64,000 bases of DNA, from the sequence record HM035025. One strand, given 5' to 3'. Origin of the DNA: Shigella phage Shfl2. Of the stretch, positions 21,681 through 30,646 are shown one piece after another. How positions within the stretch are numbered: the first letter of the stretch is position 1; each line of letters opens with the position of its first letter. The notes under the pieces are model-generated. The model worked only from the letters and a program-made list of their open reading frames with translations, was not told where the DNA came from and did no database searches. Both the position numbers and the translations under genes were made by a program.

Positions 21681-21711
21681 TGGGGACCTTTCGGTCCCCA
21701 TATTTTTATTT
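21681..21711. terminator. Bidirectional terminator between gene 54 and convergent early ORF
   Basis: UGGGGACC-UUUC-GGUCCCCA hairpin followed by T-rich tract. Confidence 0.75.
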
Positions 21712-21996
21712 ACGGAATGAAATAAAAGCAGCAACTGAAGCAACTAAACTGTCTTCAATATAAACTTCAATTTTTACCGGAGCTTCTGACTCAAATTTAC
21801 CTGTTACTACACCTTGGAAAATGCTTTCAGTCTGCTCTGGCTTTGAAAAATTTTCAGAAGGAAAAATTCCGAACTTTTTATCTGTTCCAAAAATTTTGAT
21901 AAATTCATCATAAACTGCTTCATTAAAAGCATTATCAGCAGGAATAACGCCTTCAACTACAAGTTCTTGACCTAAAAAGCGCAAAGAAGATTTCAT
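21706..21996 (-). CDS. Hypothetical early protein
   Basis: 96 aa, driven by strong early promoter and GAGG Shine-Dalgarno. Confidence 0.55.
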   Translation of the reverse strand: MKSSLRFLGQELVVEGVIPADNAFNEAVYDEFIKIFGTDKKFGIFPSENFSKPEQTESIFQGVVTGKFESEAPVKIEVYIEDSLVASVAAFISFRK

Positions 21997-22004
21997 TTTG
22001 TGTT

Positions 22005-22057
22005 CCTCATGTTATGTCAGTAAAATTACTATAACACAACACGAGGGACTTGTAAAC
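22005..22057 (-). repeat. 53-bp early promoter-leader cassette, copy A (50/53 identical to 37859-37911)
   Basis: cctcatgttatgtcagtaa...caacacgagggacttgtaaac present at both loci. Confidence 0.8.
22028..22057 (-). promoter_or_regulatory. Early promoter (GTTTAC -35, extended -10)
   Basis: Minus strand GTTTAC - 18 nt - TGtTATAGT; the -35 hexamer overlaps the alt stop codon. Confidence 0.65.
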
Positions 22058-24114
22058 TACATCTTGAACTTTTTAGACATTCCGTTGATGTTAACCAAAG
22101 AAGCCAAGATTTGAGAAACTTCGTTTTCCTCTTCTTTTGATTCTTCTACAAGGAATTGATTAAACCCAGCCATTGGACGAACTTCACCAGTTTCCATCAG
22201 ATGATCGCCATCATATACCGATTCTTCTAATTGTTCAGAAGGAGGAACGATTGTGCCTTCGATTAGATACTTGTTATAAGCAGTTTCTTTCATCATGTAC
22301 GTGCTTACTTTATTAATCTTCAACAAAATTCCACGCGGTAAAATAACTTCAGCTTCTGATGGAAATCCTGATAAATGACCTGGAACGATAACTTTGATTC
22401 GCTCAGCCCCTTTAATTACCATACCTACGCTAGTTTCAGCATCTTCATTAGCATATGCAGAATGACTACCCATATGCATTAAATCTTCAGCATCAACGGA
22501 ACCTTCTCCTTCACCAGAAAATACTGCACCGGAATCATCTAGAGCCATATAGTTTTTACCATGCTCACCGAAGATATTTGGTTTAAGCGATGTTGATACG
22601 AAGTTCTTGAAATAGAACATTTTATTTTCAATATTATGACGTAAAGTTTTAAAGGTAACTTCTTGTCCACGGTAAAGTGTAGTTCCCGGAGGAAGAACTG
22701 ATCCTTTGGCGAATGCAGAATCCAGCGTCTCGATGTGTTTAATAGCTCGTTCCATGTATTCTTCACGGGTAGAATCTGGTTTACCCAAGAGGAACGAGTT
22801 CATTTCAACATATGAATCTGCACAATAATCTTCAATTACATCAGACTCAGCCTGAGTCAGTCCTTTTGGAGTTACTTCGGTGCTTGCGTATTCATATGCC
22901 TGAGCAGCAGATTCATTAATCAATTTATAAATGCCATTCATGACAAATTGAATAATAGCTACCTTTTCGTCTGGCGTGGCTTTAGAACCTTTAACTAAAT
23001 CATTGATAATTTTCTTAATAATATCAAAGCTATTAGAAATATTAATGTCAGCGAGATCGCTCAAAATTTTATCGGTTTTATAATCAAAGAATTCTTTATT
23101 CTTTAAATATTCTTGAGAACCTTGATATGTTATATCGCTCTGCAGCTTGATAGATGGATCACGTAAACGTGCATGGGCCAATGCAATATGATTTCGGAAG
23201 CTTTCTAGTTCATAATCATTAGATTTAAAACGAGAAGCACTCCTCATACCACCGATAGCTCCTTTGCCGAAGTTTGAACCAATCTGAATAACGCCAGAGT
23301 TCATTGGTCCTTCTGCTTTATATACCGGAACTTTAGATTCAAACTCTTGATATTTCTTAGCGGCGAAGCTATCACCCTGAAGTGAAGCATCGACAGTAGA
23401 ATATTGAGCTTGTGCTGCTAATCGACGACTAATTTTAGTTTTCTGAATAACAGCTTGATCCGTGCGCTTATCATTTTCTAGAGCAATAGAAGCGGCAACA
23501 GCAACAGCTTTAGGAACAGCATTACCTGTTTTAACGTCTACATAAACATCACCAACCTTTGATTCAACTTTTGTGAATAACTCAGTTGAAATAGGAGGTA
23601 CACCTGGAATGTCTTCTAAATTAGCATTTTTACGATAAACCATAATATATGCATACTTTTTATCATAGTCCCAGATTTCCTTTAAAAGAACATATCGACC
23701 TGCTCCTTTAGTACGTACTAAACGGTCAGCAATAACTTGCATTTGACGAGCAGCGCCATTTGTTTTACTTTTTAGTACGCGGAATAGGCATGCGTCAATT
23801 TTATACTGTTTCATTGTTTGAAGAGCAGTATCAAAAACCGCATTAATGACACCAATTGGATTTCCACCCAAGTTTTTAAGTTTAACTAATGATAGTTTCT
23901 CATTAACACCTATCATTACGATATGCATCATTTTATCGCCTGGCTTAACGTTTTTATTTGTATCACCGCCAGAGGTGTATGTACAAAATCTAAATCCAGG
24001 AAGCACACTTTCTTCACCGGCTTGAATAGCAAAAATTTGAGGTATTTTATGCTTAGGATTTAAGTTAACAACCGGCGCCGAAGCGCCGTCAAATAATTCT
24101 GTAATAAGTTCCAT
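22057..24114 (-). CDS. alt: Alt-like ADP-ribosyltransferase (virion-packaged), paralog 1
   Basis: 685 aa; shares N-terminal region and C-terminal YDGDHLMETGEV motif with adjacent paralog; YRGQ...FVSTSL...EAEVILPRG arrangement. Confidence 0.8.
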   Translation of the reverse strand: MELITELFDGASAPVVNLNPKHKIPQIFAIQAGEESVLPGFRFCTYTSGGDTNKNVKPGDKMMHIVMIGVNEKLSLVKLKNLGGNPIGVINAVFDTALQTMKQYKIDACLFRVLKSKTNGAARQMQVIADRLVRTKGAGRYVLLKEIWDYDKKYAYIMVYRKNANLEDIPGVPPISTELFTKVESKVGDVYVDVKTGNAVPKAVAVAASIALENDKRTDQAVIQKTKISRRLAAQAQYSTVDASLQGDSFAAKKYQEFESKVPVYKAEGPMNSGVIQIGSNFGKGAIGGMRSASRFKSNDYELESFRNHIALAHARLRDPSIKLQSDITYQGSQEYLKNKEFFDYKTDKILSDLADINISNSFDIIKKIINDLVKGSKATPDEKVAIIQFVMNGIYKLINESAAQAYEYASTEVTPKGLTQAESDVIEDYCADSYVEMNSFLLGKPDSTREEYMERAIKHIETLDSAFAKGSVLPPGTTLYRGQEVTFKTLRHNIENKMFYFKNFVSTSLKPNIFGEHGKNYMALDDSGAVFSGEGEGSVDAEDLMHMGSHSAYANEDAETSVGMVIKGAERIKVIVPGHLSGFPSEAEVILPRGILLKINKVSTYMMKETAYNKYLIEGTIVPPSEQLEESVYDGDHLMETGEVRPMAGFNQFLVEESKEEENEVSQILASLVNINGMSKKFKM

Positions 24115-24117
24115 GAT

Positions 24118-26214
24118 TTATCCTTGAACGAACTTGTAAGGCATGTTTGCAATATCTATGCAAGACGCAATAATTCCAAGAGATGATTCTACTTTTTGTT
24201 TAACATTTGATGAAACAAATGATGCAAAGTCAACTCTGTCTTCTATTTCAATATCACCTGTCATTGCAACTACTTCACCAGTTTCCATTAGACGGTCACC
24301 GTCATAAATTACCGATTCGGTGAGTTCTTCGGTGGTCATAACTTCAGCTTGAATGAGTTTTGTATTATTAGACGTGGTTCCGTCATTATTAGAAGCATCA
24401 GTTATTTTATTAACTTTGACCATCAATCCACGTGGTAGAATAACTTCAGCTTCTGTTGCTATTCCGAGACTTCCTGGATATATAACATTAACTTTATGAG
24501 CTCCATCAATTGCCCATCCTATTTGAACTTTAACGTATTCAGGATTTTCTTTATACGCTCTTATTTCGTTTGGATTAATAGTTATTCCTTCTTCATTTTT
24601 ATCAACTGTCAATTCATTACGAGCTTCTGGTTCTAAAAGACCAATACCAGCATGTGTAATTCCAAAACGTCCAAAAATGATAGGAGTTAAAGAAGTAGAT
24701 ACAAAATTTCTGAAATAGAACACTTTATTTTTAACTAGTGCTTCGTATATAGGAGCAGTCATGCTTTGAGCACGATAAACTGTAATGCCTTCTGGTATAC
24801 GGTCACCATTTTCAAAAGCTGAATCTAAGTTATTTATAGCAGATTCAATTTCTTTTTCACTCATTACATCATATCGTTCTGGATTGTAACGACCCAAAAG
24901 AAGATTATTGATGTCAGTATATCCTGAACCACAATACTCTCTAATGCCGCGCTTTTGTGATGGAGTATATTTAGAACCATCACGGGCAATAGTAATATCA
25001 ATCATTGGACCTGCACCAATTCCAGAAAAACTATAAATCATTCGTTTGAGGAATTTAGTTTTTGCTGCGTTCCAGGAATTTTTAGTTATTTCTTCCCAGA
25101 CTTCATCTGGCTGCCCTTTACGAGTTTTATTATGTTTATCAAGCCATTTATCTTTGTATTCTTCAAAGAATTTATTAACAGCTGCTGCGTATTTCTCTAA
25201 ACATTTTATTGAAGTAGTTGGTTCATTTTTAATCGCATTAAGAATTACATCTTTAATTTTTTCAGAAACTTCATTAACCTCACTTTTTGAAAAGAATTTA
25301 TAGTCATAATGAAGTTCATCTGCAGTTCCTTCAGCAATAATTTTTGCTGCTTTAGTTTTAGAAGCTAATGAATTAATTCCAAGCTTCATTTCTTCTGCTT
25401 CGGGAATTAAAGGAGCGGTAGCAGGTTTATTGAAATTAGCTGCGGTAGATTCATACTTCTGGAATAATTCACTTTCAAATCTAGAAGATTCCAATGATTG
25501 ACTTTGCGCAATTGCTCTACGGGAAATTTTAACTTTAACGATTACAGCTTGGTCAGAACGCTTATCATTTTCTTGCGCAATAGATGCTGCAATTGCCTCA
25601 TTTTTAGTTACTTGGGCTCCAGTATCTTTATTGATATAAACATCACCGACTTTCGATTCAACTTTAGTAAAGAGCTCGGTACTAATTTCCGGAACTCCTG
25701 GAATGTCTTCTAGTGATACATTTTTGCGATGTATAAGAATATATGCATACTTTTTATCATAATCCCAGAGTTCCTTAAGAAGGACGTATCTGCCACCTGA
25801 ACGACTACGGATAAGTCTATCAGCAATAACTTGAATTTGTCGAGCTTGACCAGCAGTTTTAGACTTAAGAATACGGAGCATACAGGCATCAATTTTATAC
25901 TGACGCATAGTTTGCATTGCAACAGTAAAAACTGAATTGATATAATTAATTGGGCTTGGACCAAGACCTTTCAATTTAGCAATTGAACCTTTAGCAGTTA
26001 ATGTAAAAGGAACAATATGCATCATTTTATCGCCCATTTTTAAATCGCGATTAGTATCACCTCCAGATGTATAGGTACATAAACGAAAGCCTGGTTGTTC
26101 AATTGCGTCATCAACATGAACTGAAAAAATTTGTGGTATTTTCTTCTTTGGATTTAAGTTTGTAATCGGAAGAGTAGTATCTTCGTCAAATAATTCTGTA
26201 ATGAGTTCCATCAT
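24118..26214 (-). CDS. Alt-like ADP-ribosyltransferase, paralog 2
   Basis: 698 aa, 3 nt upstream of paralog 1; conserved N-terminus (MMELITELFD...), YRAQ...FVSTSL...EAEVILPRG, divergent C-terminal tail. Confidence 0.8.
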   Translation of the reverse strand: MMELITELFDEDTTLPITNLNPKKKIPQIFSVHVDDAIEQPGFRLCTYTSGGDTNRDLKMGDKMMHIVPFTLTAKGSIAKLKGLGPSPINYINSVFTVAMQTMRQYKIDACMLRILKSKTAGQARQIQVIADRLIRSRSGGRYVLLKELWDYDKKYAYILIHRKNVSLEDIPGVPEISTELFTKVESKVGDVYINKDTGAQVTKNEAIAASIAQENDKRSDQAVIVKVKISRRAIAQSQSLESSRFESELFQKYESTAANFNKPATAPLIPEAEEMKLGINSLASKTKAAKIIAEGTADELHYDYKFFSKSEVNEVSEKIKDVILNAIKNEPTTSIKCLEKYAAAVNKFFEEYKDKWLDKHNKTRKGQPDEVWEEITKNSWNAAKTKFLKRMIYSFSGIGAGPMIDITIARDGSKYTPSQKRGIREYCGSGYTDINNLLLGRYNPERYDVMSEKEIESAINNLDSAFENGDRIPEGITVYRAQSMTAPIYEALVKNKVFYFRNFVSTSLTPIIFGRFGITHAGIGLLEPEARNELTVDKNEEGITINPNEIRAYKENPEYVKVQIGWAIDGAHKVNVIYPGSLGIATEAEVILPRGLMVKVNKITDASNNDGTTSNNTKLIQAEVMTTEELTESVIYDGDRLMETGEVVAMTGDIEIEDRVDFASFVSSNVKQKVESSLGIIASCIDIANMPYKFVQG

Positions 26215-26234
26215 ATCCTCTCTAGTGTTTATTC

Positions 26235-26242
26235 TATTTATA
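26235..26242 (-). promoter_or_regulatory. Late promoter (minus strand) upstream of Alt paralog pair
   Basis: Plus tatttata, 20 nt upstream of paralog 2 start. Confidence 0.6.
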
Positions 26243-26247
26243 AAATT

Positions 26248-26265
26248 AAAGGCCCGAAGGCCTTT
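26248..26265. terminator. Tetraloop hairpin AAAGGCC-CGAA-GGCCUUU
   Basis: Perfect 7-bp stem with CGAA loop, immediately after the 62-aa ORF stop on minus strand. Confidence 0.55.
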
Positions 26266-26452
26266 AGTAATCTAGTGGTAAGAGAGTACGATATATTTCA
26301 AACTTTGGTCCTTTTTCATAGGCATCAAATGTTTCTGTAAATTTATTATAAGCGTATGCATCTACAAATTCGAGAATGACTTGTGATACAGAAGTAGAAA
26401 CATCTCCACCTTCTTTTTGAGCAATGACAATTGTTTCTAAGTAAGCTTTCAT
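26264..26452 (-). CDS. Hypothetical small protein
   Basis: 62 aa, start overlaps gene 30 stop. Confidence 0.45.
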   Translation of the reverse strand: MKAYLETIVIAQKEGGDVSTSVSQVILEFVDAYAYNKFTETFDAYEKGPKFEIYRTLLPLDY

Positions 26453-27912
26453 AGACCAGTTACCTCATGAAAATCACCAAATACATCCTCGAATGTATTA
26501 GCTTTAGTTTTATCTTCACGTAAACGAATCGCAATCGGAAGAAATAATTTAACGTAATCAGTGCGGCCATCAGATTTTAACCAACCGTTGCATTCGCACT
26601 CTAGAATTTTTCCAATATAATAATTTTGGTTTTCCATAATGCGAGTACGGTCAAGCTCATGTGATTTTACGCCGGCTTTATCTTTTAAGCCTGAACCAGC
26701 ATTTACTTTAATTTTTCCACACTCTGACTCAAGAATAAATCCACCCGCTTTGGTAGGGTCTTTACGGTGAGGATAAATTCCTACAATTTTTAAATCAACA
26801 TCAATTACTTCTTTAAATTTATAAAGATTTTTTGAACGAGCATTTTCCCATAATCCATCGATATTTTTGAGAATAATACCTTCAAGACCTTGGTCAATAT
26901 ACTTTTTATAAATTACCTTAGCTTCATCTAGGTTATTTACTATCTGGTTTTCAATTAAAATTACTTTATCATAACCTGATGTCATTTGTTCTAGTTTAGA
27001 AAAACGTACATCATATTTCAAACGAAATGCAGGAAGACCGTATATTTCTACCAACGGGACATAATCCCAGACCTGAAACTTCATGCATTTGGCTTCTTTT
27101 TCGGAAATGGTTCCTTTTAAGGATTTATTGGCGATTCCATTAGAAGCAGTACGAGATTCCGCTACTTCGGCGAATTCTTTAGCTTTACTAATTTCAGGAT
27201 AAGCATCAAAAAGAAAATCTAGGCCTTCTGGTTCCTTTTTAACTTGCTCATGGTATACCAATTCGCCATCAATTAACACACCTTCTGGATGAATCTGACG
27301 AGCTTCAGCAGTCATTTTAATTAACTCTTCCTTAAGAAGATCTAATCCTAGATATTCATTACCAGCTCGTGATAAAAGACGAACATCATCTAATTCATCA
27401 CCTCTAACTTCAGCAAAACACCGAGCTCCATCTGCTTTTAACTGCGCAAAGGCTGGAAACTTGATATTCTTATTAATGCCTTTTTCATCATAAGAACTTG
27501 CCAGCATTTGAGGTTGTTCAGGAATTAAACCTGGCCAAACTTTGTTTGCAATAGATACTGAAGCACCGCATTCAAGGTCTCGCATCATCACTCGACGCAA
27601 AACTTCAACATCATCTTTTTTACCGTCAGCAATATATCCAGTCAATTCCTCAATTGCCGCATTTCCAGTCAATTTCCGAGTAGCTAATGTGAATTCAATG
27701 AAGTCAAGCATATCGGTAAGAGTCAACATTCCAAAACTCTGGGTAGCAATACCAGGTTTAGGCCATTTCTTGATATAATACTGTAACCCACGAGAATAAG
27801 TCAGACGATATACTCGTTTAAGCAATTCATTATCTTTATTCTTTTCAAGAATTGCTTGCTTCTGCTTAGTTGAACCAATAGATGCTATTTCATTCAGAAT
27901 TTTAAGAATCAT
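26449..27912 (-). CDS. 30: ATP-dependent DNA ligase gp30
   Basis: 487 aa, same length as T4 DNA ligase, T4 position next to alt. Confidence 0.95.
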   Translation of the reverse strand: MILKILNEIASIGSTKQKQAILEKNKDNELLKRVYRLTYSRGLQYYIKKWPKPGIATQSFGMLTLTDMLDFIEFTLATRKLTGNAAIEELTGYIADGKKDDVEVLRRVMMRDLECGASVSIANKVWPGLIPEQPQMLASSYDEKGINKNIKFPAFAQLKADGARCFAEVRGDELDDVRLLSRAGNEYLGLDLLKEELIKMTAEARQIHPEGVLIDGELVYHEQVKKEPEGLDFLFDAYPEISKAKEFAEVAESRTASNGIANKSLKGTISEKEAKCMKFQVWDYVPLVEIYGLPAFRLKYDVRFSKLEQMTSGYDKVILIENQIVNNLDEAKVIYKKYIDQGLEGIILKNIDGLWENARSKNLYKFKEVIDVDLKIVGIYPHRKDPTKAGGFILESECGKIKVNAGSGLKDKAGVKSHELDRTRIMENQNYYIGKILECECNGWLKSDGRTDYVKLFLPIAIRLREDKTKANTFEDVFGDFHEVTGL

Positions 27913-28178
27913 TGTTCATCCTTTAGAGTTTGGTTTACAGCTCTATTATAAATCAATTCATCATTAAGCTCAGGCAAAGACTTATGATATGTAGTTCTAA
28001 CTTTATTTCCTTGCATCCAGTGCTTGACGTAAATGAAACCTTGCTCTACACATTTTTTAAAAATTCGTTCGTCTTTTTGAGCTCGGAATTCTGGATTGCA
28101 TCTAAAAAATTGATTTACGTGACCGTAATCACGTGTAGTATTACCTTCATTTTCATAAATAGTGTGAACAACAAACAT
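27909..28178 (-). CDS. Hypothetical protein
   Basis: 89 aa, coupled start/stop overlaps in operon. Confidence 0.55.
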   Translation of the reverse strand: MFVVHTIYENEGNTTRDYGHVNQFFRCNPEFRAQKDERIFKKCVEQGFIYVKHWMQGNKVRTTYHKSLPELNDELIYNRAVNQTLKDEQ

Positions 28179-29047
28179 TAGAATGCTCCTTGGAAAATAT
28201 TATCACCACTACCACTAGTAAGTCTATTAAAATACCCTGCATCACCAGGCTTAGTATAACTCCACGTATGAAATGGATTCATATGATACGGGTGTGTATA
28301 ATATGGATTATATGGATGTGTATAATATGGATTATACGGATTAAATCCAGGAGTTCTCCAGGTAGTGTTCCAACGAAAAGAATCGTTTTTAACCATCTTC
28401 TCAATTACATCTTTTATAGCTTTTTCACTATCAAAACTTTCTTTATTTTCCTTCGGTGAAAAAAGCTTATTTTCTACATCATTCCATGTATAAACTCGCT
28501 GCGCAGTTTTTGGAATATTGTCACGCTCTCCTCGAGCCATCCAATAAACAGGAACATTTAATATTTCACTCGCATGATCGCAGTGGTAAGCAAGATCGTC
28601 AATGTAACAAATTACGTTATATTTCTCTTTTGCCTTTTTGAACAACTCTTCTTTTGAAGAATCATGACCACACATCATTACTTCTGAGAAGGCACCAGGA
28701 AAAAGAGCATTCAAATTAAATTGACGATTCAACAGAGCGTCAATAGAATCACCCAATGCTGTAACAGCTACAAAATTATAATCTTCTTTTAATTTGTTAA
28801 TTACACACAGTGCATCTTTATATGGAGACAAATAACGAATAAAATCTGATCGATTATATTTTTCAATTAACTTGACACCAAGTTCTTCATCACAATTAAA
28901 GAGTTTACCCGGAGAAATAAATTTCTCATCTTGGATCATTTTTAAAATATGTTCTAACGGAAGATTATATTTCTGAGCAAAATAAGGAAGGCCTGATTGC
29001 CAGCTTAAACATACTCCATCAATATCAGTCAAAATAGTAGGCTTCAT
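28178..29047 (-). CDS. HAD-superfamily phosphatase / nucleotidase-like protein with C-terminal Pro/Tyr/His-rich tandem repeat
   Basis: 289 aa; N-terminal DIDGV (HAD motif I-like); C-terminus NPYNPYYTHPYNPYYTHPYHMNPFH. Confidence 0.65.
   Translation of the reverse strand: MKPTILTDIDGVCLSWQSGLPYFAQKYNLPLEHILKMIQDEKFISPGKLFNCDEELGVKLIEKYNRSDFIRYLSPYKDALCVINKLKEDYNFVAVTALGDSIDALLNRQFNLNALFPGAFSEVMMCGHDSSKEELFKKAKEKYNVICYIDDLAYHCDHASEILNVPVYWMARGERDNIPKTAQRVYTWNDVENKLFSPKENKESFDSEKAIKDVIEKMVKNDSFRWNTTWRTPGFNPYNPYYTHPYNPYYTHPYHMNPFHTWSYTKPGDAGYFNRLTSGSGDNIFQGAF
28293..28340. repeat. Tandem direct repeat, 2 x 24 bp
   Basis: tgtgtataatatggattata(t/c)gga repeated head-to-tail; encodes the PYNPYYTH repeat on the minus strand. 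Confidence 0.85.
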
Positions 29048-29508
29048 AGAGAGTCTCTTAATAGGTTTAACACATCAATAAATTCAGCTTCGGTTAGTAT
29101 TGTATCATCTTTTGTTAGACCACTAGCCATGCTGTGCTTCAAAACTTTTCCTTTCGAGGCTTGTAATGCATCGCGAAAGCCCTTGTTTTGGAACGCTGCT
29201 TCAAAATATGCATTTGTGTATAATTCTTTCCACGCCGGGGAGTATCTTGAAAACGGAACTCCAATCCAGAAGAGGGTCCCACGGTCCTGAGCTCTTGCAT
29301 AAGACCTTCCAGCTTGTTGGGCGGCAAGCCCGGATAATCCAAATATACGACGTTGTTGTTCAACATTTTTCACCTTGCATCCTTGGAGGAATCCTTCAAG
29401 ACCTCCAAATTGAATACCATCCATGACGAAAGGCCATTGGGCGAAATTGCTTAATGCACATGATGGCCATCTAAAATTGCTTCTAATCTCTAACTCAGAC
29501 ATTTTCAA
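29044..29508 (-). CDS. NADAR (YbiA-like) domain protein, putative ADP-ribose-processing enzyme
   Basis: 154 aa; LSNFAQWPFVMDG...LEGFLQGCKV resembles the NADAR signature FSNFAAWP..VDG...EHYFQAQK as I recall it. Confidence 0.6.
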   Translation of the reverse strand: MKMSELEIRSNFRWPSCALSNFAQWPFVMDGIQFGGLEGFLQGCKVKNVEQQRRIFGLSGLAAQQAGRSYARAQDRGTLFWIGVPFSRYSPAWKELYTNAYFEAAFQNKGFRDALQASKGKVLKHSMASGLTKDDTILTEAEFIDVLNLLRDSL

Positions 29509-29701
29509 TACTTATAATTTCAACATCAGCCCAATGACCATAGCAAGGAAGACGAAATTCAACTGGCCAGTTAGGGTCCTTTTCTAATATAATAGACTGA
29601 ACTTGTGGCTCTTCATATTCATCGGTATACGGACCTTTATACGTTACTTTATATGTGACCTTAATGTACTGAATTCCAAAAATCTTATTAATTATATTCA
29701 T
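29495..29701 (-). CDS. Hypothetical protein
   Basis: 68-aa ORF in compact operon. Confidence 0.5.
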   Translation of the reverse strand: MNIINKIFGIQYIKVTYKVTYKGPYTDEYEEPQVQSIILEKDPNWPVEFRLPCYGHWADVEIISIENV

Positions 29702-29895
29702 ACTAATTCCTTTAATCCATAGATGGGAGATAATTCATCACCCATACGAAGGTCTTCATTTCCATCTACCCAGGAAACAATATAAGCCTCTTTTATTTGA
29801 ATACCACTCCATTTAAATGGAGGTAGAACCTTAGAAATTAATCCAGGTATACCAACTCCCTTTAATTCAACAGTTTGACCCAAAAAGAATTTCAT
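29698..29895 (-). CDS. Hypothetical protein
   Basis: 65-aa ORF, overlapping stop/start. Confidence 0.5.
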   Translation of the reverse strand: MKFFLGQTVELKGVGIPGLISKVLPPFKWSGIQIKEAYIVSWVDGNEDLRMGDELSPIYGLKELV

Positions 29896-30182
29896 TAGAA
29901 CCTCATCTGAAAGCCGTGTGATTTAACATTACCACCGCCAATATCAGAAATGTTAATTTCACTCGCAATTGAAGGGTCAATGTCAATTTCACGATTGAGT
30001 TTAGTGATAGCTAAAGTATCACGCCCATTTACTGTACGGAATTCTAAAGGACATACCACATCAACGTAATTTTTAATCGATTCACTGGTAGGTTGCAAAT
30101 GTGCAGGAAGGTCTTTGGGCGCCTTAGAGAAAACCACTTCACAAAAATTTTTGCGGGTATCAAAATAAGTAGTCATAAACAT
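29895..30182 (-). CDS. Hypothetical protein
   Basis: 95-aa ORF, GAGG Shine-Dalgarno after hairpin. Confidence 0.5.
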   Translation of the reverse strand: MFMTTYFDTRKNFCEVVFSKAPKDLPAHLQPTSESIKNYVDVVCPLEFRTVNGRDTLAITKLNREIDIDPSIASEINISDIGGGNVKSHGFQMRF

Positions 30183-30198
30183 AATATTTTCCTCAGTA

Positions 30199-30214
30199 AG
30201 GGGCCGAAGCCCCT
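30199..30214. other. Intercistronic tetraloop hairpin AGGGGC-CGAA-GCCCCU
   Basis: Same hairpin sequence as at 9133-9148; T-rich tract only on the plus-strand side. Confidence 0.6.
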
Positions 30215-30223
30215 CATTTTATT

Positions 30224-30589
30224 TTAAATATCAAATTCGTTAAGAACTACATCAAAGATTGCTTCGAGATGTTCAGGTTTAGCTCGGTTACTCAGGATAT
30301 GACGAATCCAAGTTTTAACCAGAAGTTTACGATTAACACCGTTCCAGCAAGGATGAGTACCTAAATCACGCTGACGGAAATCATCATCTAATGCAATTTT
30401 GAAGTTGGAACCTTCCATCGTGATTGAAACCGTGATGCCATTTTCAAATCGCATATAAACGTAGTTAGGAGTCATATACTGCTCAATTTCGCATACTGAT
30501 CCATTTTGATGTTTCCAAAGGCAGATGGTATCAATAGAACCTGCAATACCATTAGAAACATATTTACGTTCAAAGTTAATGTAGTTCAT
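30224..30589 (-). CDS. Hypothetical protein
   Basis: 121-aa ORF preceded by early promoter. Confidence 0.55.
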   Translation of the reverse strand: MNYINFERKYVSNGIAGSIDTICLWKHQNGSVCEIEQYMTPNYVYMRFENGITVSITMEGSNFKIALDDDFRQRDLGTHPCWNGVNRKLLVKTWIRHILSNRAKPEHLEAIFDVVLNEFDI

Positions 30590-30615
30590 TTTTATTCTCC
30601 GAGATGTTTAATTGC

Positions 30616-30646
30616 GGTACAGGTATATAATATCATATCCTGTACC
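30616..30646. repeat. Inverted repeat GGTACAGG-N15-CCTGTACC spanning a promoter -10
   Basis: Perfect 8-bp arms flanking tatataatatcatat. Confidence 0.7.
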
